Positions 31,465 to 32,000 of a stretch of 32,000 nucleotides of DNA are shown in pieces (position 1 is the first letter of the stretch; every line of letters begins with the position of its first letter). The position numbers were made by a program, and so were the translations under genes. Below the pieces are notes generated by a model. It saw only the letters and a list, made by a program, of their open reading frames with translations. It was not told the DNA's origin and did not search any database. This DNA comes from an uncultured Colwellia sp. (GTDB lineage: Bacteria > Pseudomonadota > Gammaproteobacteria > Enterobacterales > Alteromonadaceae), in NCBI GenBank assembly GCA_913061365.1, contig CAJXUT010000004.1:6748-38747 (forward strand), in the 5' to 3' direction.

Positions 31465-32000
31465 GCAGCAGCTCGCTCTAAATCACCTTTAATCTCAAGT
31501 AATAATTCAGCTATATCCTCACTCAATAGAGGTGCTAATTTAGCTAACGCTTGCCCTTTCAGCTCTAGATCATCAATAACCAATACAGGCTTACTTAACT
31601 TTTGCTCAAGTAAATCAATTGAAGCAAGTACGGGATGCTGCTCAGTAGAAAAATCAATAGCATCTTGTACATGAGGTTTAAGCTTTTTACTGCCTTCGAT
31701 AGCATCACTCGCTTGCTGTTCGTCTTTGGCTGTTAATTGGGTTGTAGGCATTGAAGACAATGGCGCTTTATCTTTTATATCATCTGAAATACCAACAAAC
31801 GCTTTGCCGTCTTTAATAAGATAAATTTCATTTGCAGGTGTTACATTCACATAACCAATAGCCTTTAAACCATCGACTATTTCACCTATCTCATTTCGTG
31901 CCTTTCCAGTTGCTTTTACTAATTTTGCATAGCTTGATTTAGCTGGGTGACAAAGGTGAATAGCTTTTAAAATTTCATGTTCGTGCATCGTTATTCGCAT
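31461..32000 (-). CDS. Early-region protein with winged-helix-like N-terminus (start at or beyond window edge)
   Basis: The ORF reaches the window end. The N-terminus ILKAIHLCHPAKSSYAKLVKATGKARNEIGEIVDGLKAIGYVNV looks like a MarR/winged-helix DNA-binding segment. It sits upstream of the replication genes, where cII-like regulators lie in lambdoid phages. Confidence 0.35.
   Translation of the reverse strand: MRITMHEHEILKAIHLCHPAKSSYAKLVKATGKARNEIGEIVDGLKAIGYVNVTPANEIYLIKDGKAFVGISDDIKDKAPLSSMPTTQLTAKDEQQASDAIEGSKKLKPHVQDAIDFSTEQHPVLASIDLLEQKLSKPVLVIDDLELKGQALAKLAPLLSEDIAELLLEIKGDLERAAA

Noticed and set aside
1-32000. Integrase, att sites, CI/Cro-type immunity genes, transposases
   Set aside because: None was recognised in this window. 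The lysogeny module, if any, would lie beyond position 32000, so the temperate lifestyle is inferred only from the lambdoid gene set.

Overview
Every convincing gene in this 32-kb window is on the minus strand. Read right to left (the direction of transcription), the order is that of a lambdoid-style temperate phage or prophage.

- **Early and replication genes:** a partial winged-helix-like early gene, an O-like replication initiator with an iteron origin inside its own coding sequence, and a G39P-like helicase-loader candidate.
- **nin-like block and antiterminator:** a DUF1367-like protein, a YbcO-like nuclease and a PD-(D/E)xK nuclease, followed by a Q-like zinc-finger antiterminator.
- **Accessory island (~3 kb):** small ORFs of unknown function, one of them DUF3850/ASCH-like.
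- **Lysis cassette:** an M15 peptidase endolysin plus two membrane proteins.
- **Packaging and head genes:** small and large terminase, portal, a RyR-domain protein, scaffold, major capsid, a decoration candidate and connector candidates.
- **Tail module:** a SASA/SGNH-like esterase protein, a tandem-FN3 protein, a 541-aa tail protein and a 1099-aa highly repetitive fibre.
- **Internal-virion/ejection-like proteins:** a run that continues past position 1.

No tube or tape-measure genes lie between the head and fibre genes, so a podovirus-like virion is my best guess. That is inference. I recognised no integrase, repressor, tRNA, rRNA, CRISPR array or transposase.

The most interesting signals are non-coding or accessory:

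1. A ~35-nt promoter-like element occurs twice (24286-24322 and 4050-4090). Its conserved part is the spacer and initial transcribed region. At the lysis cassette it is followed by two intrinsic terminators, a PR'/tR'-like layout that fits the Q-like gene.
2. Six copies of the palindrome TGCGCA lie within 58 bp, directly upstream of a two-gene cassette of unknown function.
3. A plus-strand extended -10 promoter overlaps the O-like start codon and runs into two plus-strand terminators, suggesting an oop-like antisense RNA.
4. Four phased iterons plus AT-rich 15-bp repeats lie inside the O-like gene.
5. A RyR-domain protein is inserted between portal and scaffold.
6. The tail fibre contains about 12.5 tandem 37-aa repeats.

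All functional calls rest on motif recognition by eye and on gene order. No database search was run.
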